Numbered from the stretch's first letter, positions 31,573 through 41,752 are shown. The stretch is 64,000 nucleotides of DNA from Desulfobacteraceae bacterium Eth-SRB2 (GCA_004193595.1 RPGQ01000024.1:16017-80016); one strand, 5' to 3'. Numbers and translations: made by a program. The notes: generated from the sequence alone by a model not told the origin.

Positions 31573-32781
31573 TATGGATACAGACAATTATATGATAACG
31601 GTGTGCCCATCATGTAAATGCAGGTATCGGGTTCCTGAAGCTTTTATTGGACGAAAGGTTTCATGCAAGAAATGCGGTAGCGGTTTTAGTCTAAACTTAC
31701 AGGAAGAAAGCGCGCAAAAACAAAACCGGCAGGATGCCTCATCCGAACAGGGAGAGGTTTGGGAAGTCTTTCAAGATGATGCCTATTTGGTGATCGGCAA
31801 ACTGGCTGTTAAGTACAAGTTTATTAATGAAAAACAACTCCAAAAGGCTCTATTGATTCAAGAAGAGGGAAAACGAGCCGGGCAGAAGCTGTTATTGGGA
31901 GAGGTCCTGGTTGCTCATAGGATGATATCTCAAGCCCAGTTGGATCTTCTTTCTTCAGTACAGAAAATGGTTGAAGTTAGAAGACTGGATGTAAAATTCG
32001 GAGCCATTGCCGTGGGAGAAGGATTCACGACCCGTGATGAAATTGACAGAGCATTAGAGGAACAAAATAGGATATTCAAAGAGAAAAAAACAATTCAGTT
32101 GATCGGTGATATATTGATTGAATCCAAGGTGCTTACGGAAAATCAGCGCGATTCAGTCCTTAAAAGACAAAAGCGTTTTGAAAAAATTACATCTGATGAG
32201 CAAAAAAGGCCTGATGTTTCTGATTCCCAAGAACAGATTGAAAGTGATGCTGAATTTAATCTTACTGTTTCAGAAGACAAACTTAATGCCTTTATATCGA
32301 TAAAAAGAAAAGTTTCCGGCCCGATTACCATCGATAACATTAAAAATTTCCTTCAAATCAAAGGGATCGAATACGGAATAGTAAACGATGATCAAATAGC
32401 AGAGTACCTGAAAATTATCGACAACAAAAAGAGGCATTGAAAATTGCAGAAGGCAAACCCCCGGAATCCGGAAAAGATGAGCACATTAAATATTACTTTG
32501 AAACAGATTCGTTAAAAGTAGGAGCAATTAAAGAGGGCGGAGCCATAGACTTTAAAGACAGGGGAGATGTTCCTAACGTAAAAGAAGGAGATCTGCTTGT
32601 TGAAAAAATACCTGTTGTGGAAGGCAAGGCCGGGAAAGACGTATACGGCAGTCCAATACCCCCACAAAAACCCAATGATATAAAACTCAAAAATGGGAAA
32701 GGCACTAAAATTTCTGATGATCGGATTAAAATTATTGCTAAAATTGACGGCATACCTGAAATTTCTGCTATGGTAAAGTAA
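31573..32781 (+). pseudogene. Zn-ribbon / 4x T2SSE_N-like repeats / DUF342 (FapA-like) protein, frameshifted and 3'-truncated
   Basis: MJ0042-type zinc ribbon (ITVCPSCKCRYRVPEAFIGRKVSCKKCGSGF). Four roughly 25-aa repeats (IGKLAVKYKFINEKQLQKAL; LGEVLVAHRMISQAQLDLL; FGAIAVGEGFTTRDEIDRAL; IGDILIESKVLTENQRDSVL). Then FapA_N-like (FLQIKGIEYGIVNDDQI) and GKPPESGKDEHI...GKAGKDVYGSPIPPQKPNDIKL. The reading frame shifts -1 at the A-run near 32426-32430 (ORFs 31481-32440 and 32437-32781). The ORF ends exactly at the repeat-arm junction (32781), before the expected DUF342 beta-helix region. Confidence 0.6.
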
Positions 32782-35090
32782 AAGAGCTTTAAATTTTCAG
32801 ATTTTCTCCAGGGATCTGTTTTCTGAGAGCGATGAAAAAAGGGGTTTCTTCCATTACTCCACCACTCCAATACTCCATTACTTCGTAAATCGTTAAATGC
32901 CGACAAACTAAATCCCCTCTGGGGATAATCAAAGCCGGGCCCTCTGGACCCGGATCTTTACTTTTCACATTTTGTGCTTTTTAATTTATATGAAAGATTC
33001 CTGCAAAAGCAATATTGAAACATTCGTAAAAAGTCTTTTGTGGGCGATGGTAACCATTTTATTTTACAGCATATTATTCCATCCCACTTCTTCTATCCAT
33101 ATTGCTACGCCTCTCAGGGCCACTGTAATATGGATCATTGTTCTGCCTGCGATCAAATCCTTTAAGGGTTATGCCGTCTCTCACTTTCCGGCGTCTATCT
33201 ATCGGTGCCGACTTCTTTTGAACCGGTTCCATATGGCAAACCGTCTCCTCTCCTACGATATCTGTTGATATGCAATATTTTTTTCTCATAAATATACGCT
33301 GACATTCTTCTTTCTTAATTTTTGCAATAACCGTACCAGTGGCATCATTCCCATGTTAAATATCTATATTTTCATTATAATTCATATAGTTATAATATTA
33401 TAATAAGAACCGCGTTAAAAAAACCTTGGTGAGCAAATAAAATAAAATCGACAAATTCTTGACAGGCTGTCCGGTATCCTTTCCATCACACCCTCATCAT
33501 TATCTTAAAACTTAATAATTGCTAAATTTTAAAAAAAAACATATGAATATAGAACATCCTTATAATTGCCCTGTGATGATTATCCGGTTATTAATTTTTA
33601 TTTTTTAAGGAGAAGATTATGAAAAAAACATGCGAATTAAAGCCTTCGGATCTTAGGTCAATATGTGATCACAAGATGTTTACCTTTAAAAATACTGCGG
33701 AAGTAAATCCCCTGGATGAAGTCATCGGACAGGAACGGGCGGTTCAGGCCATAAACTTCGGCCTGAACATGAAAAGTCCGGGGTACAACATTTTTGTCAC
33801 AGGATTAGAAGGCACCGGTAAATCTACCATCATCAGAGACCTGGTCGACAAGCAAGCAAAAACCCTTCCGTCACCCGTGGATTGGTGCATGGTCAACAAT
33901 TTTAAGGATGAATACCACCCCAAAACCATTTCCGTGCCCACAGGCAAAGCAACCCGGTTCAGTAAAACAATAAACAAGTTAATTGATGATCTGAAAAAAG
34001 AGTTGCCCAAAGCCTTTGAGCATGAATCGTATCACCAGAGACAATCTGAAATCCAAAAAAAGTATTCTGATCAACAAAAAGAGGTCATTCAGAAACTCGA
34101 AGCGTCGGCAAAGGAAAAGAATATCCAGCTTAACAGGACCAAAACCGGGTATCAAACCATCCCCATTGTTAAGGAAAAGCCGATTTCACCGGAGGAGTTT
34201 ATGGCCCTTCCAGAGGAAACGAAATCCGAAATCGAGGAAAGGATCAGTATGGTTCAATCCGAAGTCGACGCCACGGTCCGAGAACTTAATAAAATCAACC
34301 AGGTAATGACTTCTCAAGTTGAAAAGCTCATGGAAGAAATCGCTTTGTTCGTAGTGAAACAGCGGATAGATAATGTAAAGGAACAATACAAGGGATGCAA
34401 AGACATTCTGGCCTATCTGGACGAGGTGCAGGAGGATATTCTGGAAAACGTTAAGGATTTTATATCTTCTCAGGAAGCAAAATCACCCATTGAGGGCTTC
34501 ATGTTTCAATCTGCCAAACCCTCTTTTCAACGCTATAAGGTCAATGTGTTGGTAGATCAAAAATCTTTAAAAGGCGCCCCGGTTATTTTTGAAACAAATC
34601 CGACGCATCACAATGTTTTCGGCCAAATTGAAAAAAGAGCCCATATGGGAACCATTATCACAGACTTTACCATGGTCCAGGCCGGATCACTCCTTAGAGC
34701 CAACGGCGGTTATCTGATAATGGAAATCGAGTCTATCCTCATGAACCCGTTCGTGTGGGAAGCGCTCAAACGTGCGTTACAAAACAAGCTCCTTTTTATA
34801 GAAGATCTTGCTTCAGGCCTGGGATACGGCACATCATCCCTTCGGCCGGAACCGGTCCCGCTGGAAGTCAAGGTTGTCTTGTTCGGCAGCTATCACCTGT
34901 TTCACCTGCTCCAGAACCATGATTCAAAATTTAATAAAATTTTCAAAGTCAGGGCGGATTTTGACCATGAGGTGGAAAAAAACCAGGATACCATTCAACA
35001 ATACGCTCGCTTTATTTCCCGGGTATGCAAAGAAGAGGAACTCCTGCCGTTAACCCCCAAAGGTGTTGCCGCCATTGTAGAATACGGTGA
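32781..35090. repeat. right arm of the inverted duplication (upstream region plus 5' part of the intact Lon-like gene)
   Basis: See left arm. Estimated 93-97% nucleotide identity to the left copy. Confidence 0.78.
33074..33232 (-). CDS. small basic protein with DRR/ERR repeats (hypothetical), divergent from the Lon-like gene
   Basis: MEPVQKKSAPIDRRRKVRDGITLKGFDRRQNNDPYYSGPERRSNMDRRSGME. Intact only in the right arm. The ORF-track start is at 33289. Confidence 0.35.
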   Translation of the reverse strand: MEPVQKKSAPIDRRRKVRDGITLKGFDRRQNNDPYYSGPERRSNMDRRSGME

Positions 35091-36036
35091 AAAATATATC
35101 GAAAACCAAAAAAAGCTTTCTCTCAGATTCGGCGCGATTATGGGAATTTTAAAAGAGGCTGACTACTGGGCAAAGAAAAGGAATGCAAAACGGGTTTCAG
35201 ACAAAGATGTTATCACCGCTTTCAGTGAATACCGATTTCGGTATAACCTTTATGAAGAAAAAATACACGAATCCTACGTGGATGATACCATTATGATCGA
35301 TGTGAAAGGGGATGTTGCCGGACAGGTAAATGCCCTTTCCGTATTTCAAATCGGCGATTTTATGTTTGGGCGTCCTTCCCGAATCACCGCCGAAACCTAT
35401 ATGGGCAAGCAGGGGGTTGTTAATATTGAACGGGAAGCCAAGCTGAGCGGAAAGACCCATGACAAAGGCATTCTGATTCTCTCCGGTTATTTGGGACGAA
35501 CTTTCGCGCAAAACTACCCATTAAGTTTATCCATCAGCATCACTTTTGAGCAAAGCTACAGCGGCATCGACGGCGACAGCGCTTCTTCGACGGAACTGTA
35601 TGCCGTTATCTCAAGCCTTTCAAACATTCCCATCCATCAGGGGATCGCGGTAACCGGTTCAGTGAATCAAAAAGGGCAAATTCAGGCCATCGGAGGGGTT
35701 AATCAGAAAATTGAAGGATTTTTTGACGTCTGTAAAAGCAAAGGACTTACCGGCAAACAGGGAGTATTAATTCCCCGGGCCAATGTAAAAAATCTGATGC
35801 TTAAAAAAGATGTGATCGATGCCGTAAGAAAAGGAAAATTTCATATCTATCAGGTTTCTACGATTGAAGAAGGAATAGAGATATTAACAGATGTTCCTGC
35901 AGGAACTCCGGATAAAGAGGACTACTTTCCCGAAGGAACCGTTTACGGCAAGGTACAGGAAAAGCTTAAACGATATCTGGAACAATTATTTAAACTTAAA
36001 AAACAATTTGAGGACGAAGACGAAACAACCGTATAG
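33619..36036 (+). CDS. Lon-like ATP-dependent protease (COG1067 type: AAA+ module plus S16 Lon C-terminal protease domain)
   Basis: Walker A VTGLEGTGKST. S16 domain with catalytic-Ser context SYSGIDGDSASSTELYAVISSL and a downstream Lys (IGGVNQKIEG). AAGGAG RBS. 805 aa. Confidence 0.85.
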   Translation: MKKTCELKPSDLRSICDHKMFTFKNTAEVNPLDEVIGQERAVQAINFGLNMKSPGYNIFVTGLEGTGKSTIIRDLVDKQAKTLPSPVDWCMVNNFKDEYHPKTISVPTGKATRFSKTINKLIDDLKKELPKAFEHESYHQRQSEIQKKYSDQQKEVIQKLEASAKEKNIQLNRTKTGYQTIPIVKEKPISPEEFMALPEETKSEIEERISMVQSEVDATVRELNKINQVMTSQVEKLMEEIALFVVKQRIDNVKEQYKGCKDILAYLDEVQEDILENVKDFISSQEAKSPIEGFMFQSAKPSFQRYKVNVLVDQKSLKGAPVIFETNPTHHNVFGQIEKRAHMGTIITDFTMVQAGSLLRANGGYLIMEIESILMNPFVWEALKRALQNKLLFIEDLASGLGYGTSSLRPEPVPLEVKVVLFGSYHLFHLLQNHDSKFNKIFKVRADFDHEVEKNQDTIQQYARFISRVCKEEELLPLTPKGVAAIVEYGEKYIENQKKLSLRFGAIMGILKEADYWAKKRNAKRVSDKDVITAFSEYRFRYNLYEEKIHESYVDDTIMIDVKGDVAGQVNALSVFQIGDFMFGRPSRITAETYMGKQGVVNIEREAKLSGKTHDKGILILSGYLGRTFAQNYPLSLSISITFEQSYSGIDGDSASSTELYAVISSLSNIPIHQGIAVTGSVNQKGQIQAIGGVNQKIEGFFDVCKSKGLTGKQGVLIPRANVKNLMLKKDVIDAVRKGKFHIYQVSTIEEGIEILTDVPAGTPDKEDYFPEGTVYGKVQEKLKRYLEQLFKLKKQFEDEDETTV

Positions 36037-36063
36037 CCTTTTTGGATTTAAAAACTGAGGGTC

Positions 36064-36639
36064 ATGAATATCATCACAACATCCATAGAAGGCGTCCTTA
36101 TGATTGAGCCCGAAGTATTTGAAGACAGCCGAGGCTTTTTCATGGAGACATACAACCGGAACAGATACTTTAAATGCGGCATTAATACGGCATTTGTTCA
36201 AGACAACCTATCTTATTCCGTGCAAGGCGCCGTCAGGGGACTTCACTATCAGATCAGAAACTCCCAGGCCAAGCTGGTACAGGTAATAACCGGTGAAATA
36301 TTTGATGTGGCGGTCGACATCCGGCAGGATTCGCCTACCTTCGGCAAATGGACGGGATTCCATCTTTCGGATCGGAACCGGCGCCAGTTATTTATTCCCC
36401 AAGGATTTGCTCACGGGTTCTGTGTGCTGAGCGAAATTGCCCATTTTTTATATAAGTGCTCGGATTTTTTTGCGCCTGACCACGAGAGGGGCATCCTCTG
36501 GTCCGATCCTGACATCGGTATTGACTGGCCGGTTCAAAATCCGATCATTTCAGAAAAGGATAAACAGTATCCACGCCTGTCTGAAATTAATCCTGATCAG
36601 CTTCCTGTCCTTGCACAAAAACCGATTATCCGCGGATGA
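36064..36639 (+). CDS. rfbC: dTDP-4-dehydrorhamnose 3,5-epimerase
   Basis: RmlC motifs IEGVLMIEP..FEDSRGFFMETY..RGLHYQ. Confidence 0.88.
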   Translation: MNIITTSIEGVLMIEPEVFEDSRGFFMETYNRNRYFKCGINTAFVQDNLSYSVQGAVRGLHYQIRNSQAKLVQVITGEIFDVAVDIRQDSPTFGKWTGFHLSDRNRRQLFIPQGFAHGFCVLSEIAHFLYKCSDFFAPDHERGILWSDPDIGIDWPVQNPIISEKDKQYPRLSEINPDQLPVLAQKPIIRG

Positions 36640-36883
36640 TCCTGGCCGCTTCTTCAAATTTTTTGTTGATCACAAGGGTCATTTCGGCTGCATCTAAAAT
36701 CAACGATCCCGCTTCACCCATATTGTTCTCTTTTGCTTTTTTTGCCCAATCCCTGTATGTTTCAGCGTGATCATCATTATGCTTTACCCAGTGCTCAAGC
36801 AGTTTGATCATTTTTTCATCAAATGTTAAAGTACTCTCAATTTCACTGTCATGGTGATGGTGATGATTATGATGATGTGTCAT
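36626..36883 (-). CDS. small His-rich protein (MTHHHNHHHHHD...), hypothetical
   Basis: AAGGAG RBS. 85 aa. The 3' end overlaps the rfbC 3' end by 14 nt (convergent). Confidence 0.5.
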   Translation of the reverse strand: MTHHHNHHHHHDSEIESTLTFDEKMIKLLEHWVKHNDDHAETYRDWAKKAKENNMGEAGSLILDAAEMTLVINKKFEEAARIIRG

Positions 36884-36935
36884 TTGAATTCTCCTTAAAT
36901 AAACGTTTTGGAAACCGGACTTAACAGTTACAGGT

Positions 36936-38906
36936 ATGGACAGTAACAGTCAATACATTAATAAAAATAAGGCCGCCATTTTTCTCTTCATTGTCTGTAG
37001 TGTCTTTTCAGGAATTTTGGTCGGTGCATTTCTTGCCCTTACCCATGATCTTCCCCAAATCCTCAGTCTTGAAACATTTAGACCGTCTTCTGTTACACGA
37101 ATCTACTCAGCAGACAAAATGCTCCTGGCAGAACTATTTGTAGAAAAAAGGGATCCGGTTCCGCTCAAAGCCATACCCGATTATCTCAAGAAAGCGCTGA
37201 TCGCCACTGAAGACCGAAAATTTTATCAACATAGTGGTGTCGACCTGAAAGGAATTCTCAGAGCCGTCATCAGTGATATCCGGGCCGGAAAATTTGTTGA
37301 AGGCGCCAGCACCATCACCCAGCAGCTTGCCAAGACTCTTTTTCTGACGCCTCGTAAAACGGTGTTGCGTAAGATCAAGGAGGCATTTCTGGCTTTTCAG
37401 CTTGAGCGACGTTACACAAAAGATGAAATCCTGGAACTGTACCTTAATCAGGTATATTTCGGAAGCGGCGCATACGGTGTAGAATCGGCCGCAAGGATAT
37501 TTTTCGGTAAACATGCAAAAGACCTGGGCCTTGCCGAATGCGCCCTGATTGCAGGCCTTCCCAAAGCACCGTCACGATATTCCCCTCTGGTTGACAAAGA
37601 TCTTGCCGTAAAACGTAGAAATATCGTCTTAAGACAGATGAAAGATACCGGAATCATATCGGAGACATCCTTTTCTAAAGCAAGAAAAGAACGGCTTTGT
37701 TCCCGGAAACAAAGCAATAATCTGATCAAAGCGCCATACTTTGTGGACTATATAAAAAGTTTCCTTGAAAAAACCCTGGGTTCCTCAAGGCTCTATAAAG
37801 GAGGGTTGACCGTTTATACAACACTCGATTTTAAGCTGCAAAATGCGGCGGAACATGCCGTTGCAAACGGGCTTTTGGCCCTTGAAAACAGGATGAAAAA
37901 GCAGAAAATTAAAAATCCGGCGCCTGAATGTGCCCTGGTCTCTCTGGATGTGCAATCCGGTGGCATTCTCACCATGATCGGCGGTAAGAACTTTTACCAA
38001 ACACCTTTTAACCGGGCAACCAGCGCCAAAAGGCAACCCGGATCCGCATTTAAACCCATTGTCTATGCTTATGCCATTGAACATAATTTTCCTCAAAGCA
38101 AAATCATTCTCGATGCACCGGTAGCCTTTAAAATTGCAAACCGGCAAAACCTCTGGAGGCCGGAAAACTTTTCGGGAGATTACAAGGGCGAGATGACGCT
38201 CAGGATGGCGTTAGCACTTTCGGAAAACATTCCTGCGATAAGATTAATCGAAATATTGGGGCCTTCATCGGTGGCCGGGTTTGGGTATACTCTCGGCATT
38301 GAATCGACCCTCTATCCGAATCTTTCCCTTGCCCTCGGCACATCGGAAGTAAAGCTCATAAATTTAACGGCTGCCTATGCGGTTTTTCCCAATAAAGGAG
38401 AGTTGATCAAACCTTACGGCGTCATGGAAGTCGTTGATCCAAGCGGGCGGCTTGTTTGGCGTGTAAAACCCCAAAAAAAAGTGGTCATGTCACGAGCAGG
38501 CGCAGCCATCATGACGGATATGCTCAAAGGGGTAATCCAGGAAGGCACGGGGAAAAAAGCACGGGTAATTAACCGTCCTGTTGCCGGAAAAACAGGGACT
38601 ACCAATGAATATAAAGACGCTCTGTTTATTGGTTTCTCACCATCGATTGCAACCGGGGTATGGGTGGGACAAGATGTTTTTATCACAATCGGCAAACGCG
38701 AAACCGGGGCCAGAGCAGCGCTTCCCATATGGATAGAGTTTATGACCCACGCACTTGACAGTAAACCATTTCAATACTTTGATATGCCCGATGATATGGT
38801 TGGGGTGCCCATGGATCCGTTAACCGGCCTCCTTGCATCTGATGTTTCACCCCGAACGGTCACGGCCCTTTTCAAAAAAGGAACAGAACCCAAAAGATTT
38901 CGGTGA
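36936..38906 (+). CDS. mrcA: class A penicillin-binding protein (transglycosylase plus transpeptidase), PBP1A family
   Basis: GT51 motifs (ATEDRKFYQHSGVD; GASTITQQLAK; RKIKEAFLAFQLE). Transpeptidase SAFKP and KTGT. Confidence 0.88.
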   Translation: MDSNSQYINKNKAAIFLFIVCSVFSGILVGAFLALTHDLPQILSLETFRPSSVTRIYSADKMLLAELFVEKRDPVPLKAIPDYLKKALIATEDRKFYQHSGVDLKGILRAVISDIRAGKFVEGASTITQQLAKTLFLTPRKTVLRKIKEAFLAFQLERRYTKDEILELYLNQVYFGSGAYGVESAARIFFGKHAKDLGLAECALIAGLPKAPSRYSPLVDKDLAVKRRNIVLRQMKDTGIISETSFSKARKERLCSRKQSNNLIKAPYFVDYIKSFLEKTLGSSRLYKGGLTVYTTLDFKLQNAAEHAVANGLLALENRMKKQKIKNPAPECALVSLDVQSGGILTMIGGKNFYQTPFNRATSAKRQPGSAFKPIVYAYAIEHNFPQSKIILDAPVAFKIANRQNLWRPENFSGDYKGEMTLRMALALSENIPAIRLIEILGPSSVAGFGYTLGIESTLYPNLSLALGTSEVKLINLTAAYAVFPNKGELIKPYGVMEVVDPSGRLVWRVKPQKKVVMSRAGAAIMTDMLKGVIQEGTGKKARVINRPVAGKTGTTNEYKDALFIGFSPSIATGVWVGQDVFITIGKRETGARAALPIWIEFMTHALDSKPFQYFDMPDDMVGVPMDPLTGLLASDVSPRTVTALFKKGTEPKRFR

Positions 38907-38988
38907 AATTCAAGAAAGGATAAACGTATTTGATTTCGTTGTAGCGTAGCGCTTTCCCTGTATTGGGATTCAAATGCGTTTGCCCTGA
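38907..38988. mobile_element. internally deleted MITE family 2 remnant
   Basis: Right end (ccctgtattgggattcaaatgcgtttgccctg) identical to 15553-15584. A degenerate left TIR (ggataaacgtatttga). Flanking direct repeat gaaattcaag(a). Confidence 0.5.
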
Positions 38989-39158
38989 AATTCAAGACAC
39001 CGGTTATTGACTTACGTCACATTTTCAAATAAATAGAATTTCATAAAACATGACCCGGAAGAGCCGGCCTCCGGCTCGTAAGCCTACGGCTCGGAGAGAA
39101 CCAGAAATATTTTCCACCAAGGCAAAAAGATACGAAGGGTTTTATTTTGTTATTCGTT

Positions 39159-39360
39159 CTTAGGGCTCGCGCAAAAATAACTTCGCAGAATTTGCGCTCA
39201 GATTTGGTTCAGGTTTGGCTGATCCGAGAGAGCAAAACCACAGGAATAGCGAGCTATTTCGAGGCCAATTTTATAAGATCGGGTGCGAGTGAGGTATCAG
39301 CCAAAGATGGGCTGAAGCTGAGATGTAAAAATGTGAAGTTATTTTTGCGCGAGCCCTTAG
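39159..39360. mobile_element. palindromic MITE-like element (202 bp) with perfect 26-bp terminal inverted repeats
   Basis: cttagggctcgcgcaaaaataacttc (39159-39184) versus gaagttatttttgcgcgagcccttag (39335-39360). No clear TSD. Confidence 0.5.
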
Positions 39361-39438
39361 TGTCTTGGTGCCTTTGTGGCGAAAAGAAAATAGTTAATGC
39401 GGATTTTAGTTAGTGTCCATCCATAAATGAGGACGATT

Positions 39439-39897
39439 ATGATTCGGAAAGCCAAAATAAAGGATATTAAAGCCATCCACGGTCTTCTCCAGGAATACGG
39501 GAAAAAGGGAGAACTTCTGCCGCGCCCCCTGAGTGTCTTATACGACCATGTCAGGAATTTCTCGGTTTATGTGGATGAAGAAAATGACGATATTCTCGGC
39601 TGTTGTGCATTACAATTCTGTTGGGATGACCTTGCTGAGATACGATCTCTTGCCGTGCATCCTAACTATCTGAGGAAAAAAATAGGATCAAAGCTGGTAG
39701 AAGCAATGCTTTTAGAGGCAAAATCCTTTGGGATAAAAAAAGTATTTGCACTCACTTATCGCCAGGAATTTTTTGAAAAATTCGGCTTTATGCAAATAGA
39801 AAAATCAAAACTCCCGCTGAAAATCTGGGCCGACTGCATCATGTGTGTGAAATTTCCGGACTGCGACGAAACAGCAATGATGAAAGAGATGGACTAG
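39439..39897 (+). CDS. GNAT-family N-acetyltransferase (ArgA short-form-like)
   Basis: Acetyl-CoA motif RSLAVHPNYLRKKIGSKLVEAM. GAGGA RBS favours the ATG at 39439 over 39427. Confidence 0.7.
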   Translation: MIRKAKIKDIKAIHGLLQEYGKKGELLPRPLSVLYDHVRNFSVYVDEENDDILGCCALQFCWDDLAEIRSLAVHPNYLRKKIGSKLVEAMLLEAKSFGIKKVFALTYRQEFFEKFGFMQIEKSKLPLKIWADCIMCVKFPDCDETAMMKEMD

Positions 39898-39899
39898 AA

Positions 39900-40961
39900 T
39901 CAGGTATAAATGACATTCAAGGGAAGCGGGGGGTACTTCCATACACCCGGTTTTGCAACAATATGCTGCCCTCCGACGCTCAGCCAGTTCAAATCCGGCT
40001 TGATTTCCCGTAATTTTCCGTCATCGGGCATCCTGGCATGATTGGTAAATGAATAGGTTGACTGGAATATGCAGATGCCGTAGTTTTTTTTGCGGTCTAA
40101 CACATAGTTTTTCTTGAATGTCCGGGAGGTAATATTATTTGCTTCTGCAATCTGGTCCATTTCACTATTTTTAAACTTCATCAAAAGCAATTTTGAAACG
40201 CCCCTTTCGGAAATTCGTATCAACGCCCTGGACTCACTGCTTCCTGCATAAACCGTAGTAATACAGGGGATCCTTTTAAAATACTGGGACGCAACTATAG
40301 CTGCAGTCCTTCTGCCGCCAACATCCACGGGAAGACAATAATACTCAAAGAATTTTTTCTGGATATCTTCTGCATATTTATCTCCTTTTTCATATAAATC
40401 CTTTGATATATAACGAAGACTGCGAGCGAGGTCTTCGGCCGCATCTGCAATTGGCCAGTCGATACGCACATGAAAATGTGACAGACTGTACCTATTCTTA
40501 GCTCTGCTATCCGGATCTCGCTGAATAAGGAGTGCATAATCCACGGGAAGCAACACCTTTAATAAATCATGGAAATGGGCTGAATCTAAATATTTCTGCG
40601 TTCTATCAAATTTATTTGACAGCGAAAGTCTGTCATAACGGAGAAGATTAATTTTGGTGGTTTTGTTCCTTTCAAAAAACCGGATATATTTCTTGTGTTC
40701 GGAAGGGATTGTTTCTTCCATAAAAATAACTAAAAAAGAGTTCTGGCATTCATGCTCCACAGCGGGGATACGCGCACGGGGCTTTAACTCACGCTTTTCT
40801 ACAAACGGGTAATCGGTTTTTTTGAAAAGAAAATTATTAAATGAATCTAACAGAGCATACTTAACCATTTGCTGATCCAATTCATCTCGCAGAAGCTCGT
40901 AATAAGAACGCCTCAATCTGTCTTGCTGACTCAGCTCTTCCCTTACACTCCAAAATGCCAA
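39900..40961 (-). CDS. hypothetical protein (353 aa)
   Basis: Long ORF with no family recognised by eye. The TTG at the ORF-track start is uncertain. An alternative ATG lies at residue 32. Confidence 0.45.
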   Translation of the reverse strand: MAFWSVREELSQQDRLRRSYYELLRDELDQQMVKYALLDSFNNFLFKKTDYPFVEKRELKPRARIPAVEHECQNSFLVIFMEETIPSEHKKYIRFFERNKTTKINLLRYDRLSLSNKFDRTQKYLDSAHFHDLLKVLLPVDYALLIQRDPDSRAKNRYSLSHFHVRIDWPIADAAEDLARSLRYISKDLYEKGDKYAEDIQKKFFEYYCLPVDVGGRRTAAIVASQYFKRIPCITTVYAGSSESRALIRISERGVSKLLLMKFKNSEMDQIAEANNITSRTFKKNYVLDRKKNYGICIFQSTYSFTNHARMPDDGKLREIKPDLNWLSVGGQHIVAKPGVWKYPPLPLNVIYT

Positions 40962-41053
40962 CCTTGCCCCCTGACAGCCCGCCCAAGGCGGATACTTTTT
41001 TAATTTTTCTTATAATAGCACTATTTTAGACAATCGTCAACTGCATATGATCC

Positions 41054-41752
41054 TCATTTTCCGTTAAACTTATCAACCCAATTATACAGCCCTTCCCGAT
41101 ACCTGTATGCTAAAAACATAAGGACAAGGCATACACTTAATATAAGAGCAAACCACCCGTATCTCTGTTCAAAAATATACGACCCCTGAAGGCTGAGCAT
41201 GAGTGTCCCGGGCATTCGTCCTATGGCTGTAAGTAAAATAAAAACTTTTAAAGGTATGGCGCTTAATCCAAGAAATAAACACAGATAGTCTTTAGGAAAG
41301 CCCGGGAAAACAAATAAACCAAACAAAACAATGACGCCCTGACGTTTTACAATACTATCCATCCGTTCTAATTTGGCCGGAGGAATAAGTTTTCTTACAA
41401 ATCTTTTTCCCAGAAAACGACCGATTGCGAAATTGATAAACGATCCTACTGTCAGACCGATACTCGAATAGCAAAATCCTTTTATCGCTCCGAATAAAAA
41501 TCCTCCGATAAAACCGGTTGCTTCACCGGGAAAAGGGGCGAACAAAACCTGGAGAATTTGAATGATTATAAAAACAACCGGCGCACCCGTACCAAAGGAC
41601 GTAACAAAAGACTTGATTTGCTCTCTATCCGTAAAAATATCATAGTAATAGGTGGTTTTTTCCCACAGAGGTATGCGGTACAAATATCCCAGCACAACAA
41701 GGAAGCATAGGACTGCAACAATAATTATCTTTTGAATATTTTTATTTATCAC
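41054..41752 (-). CDS. TVP38/TMEM64 (DedA-related) family membrane protein
   Basis: Signature VVFIIIQILQVLFAPFPGEATGFIGGFLFG. GTG start. Confidence 0.72.
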   Translation of the reverse strand: MINKNIQKIIIVAVLCFLVVLGYLYRIPLWEKTTYYYDIFTDREQIKSFVTSFGTGAPVVFIIIQILQVLFAPFPGEATGFIGGFLFGAIKGFCYSSIGLTVGSFINFAIGRFLGKRFVRKLIPPAKLERMDSIVKRQGVIVLFGLFVFPGFPKDYLCLFLGLSAIPLKVFILLTAIGRMPGTLMLSLQGSYIFEQRYGWFALILSVCLVLMFLAYRYREGLYNWVDKFNGK

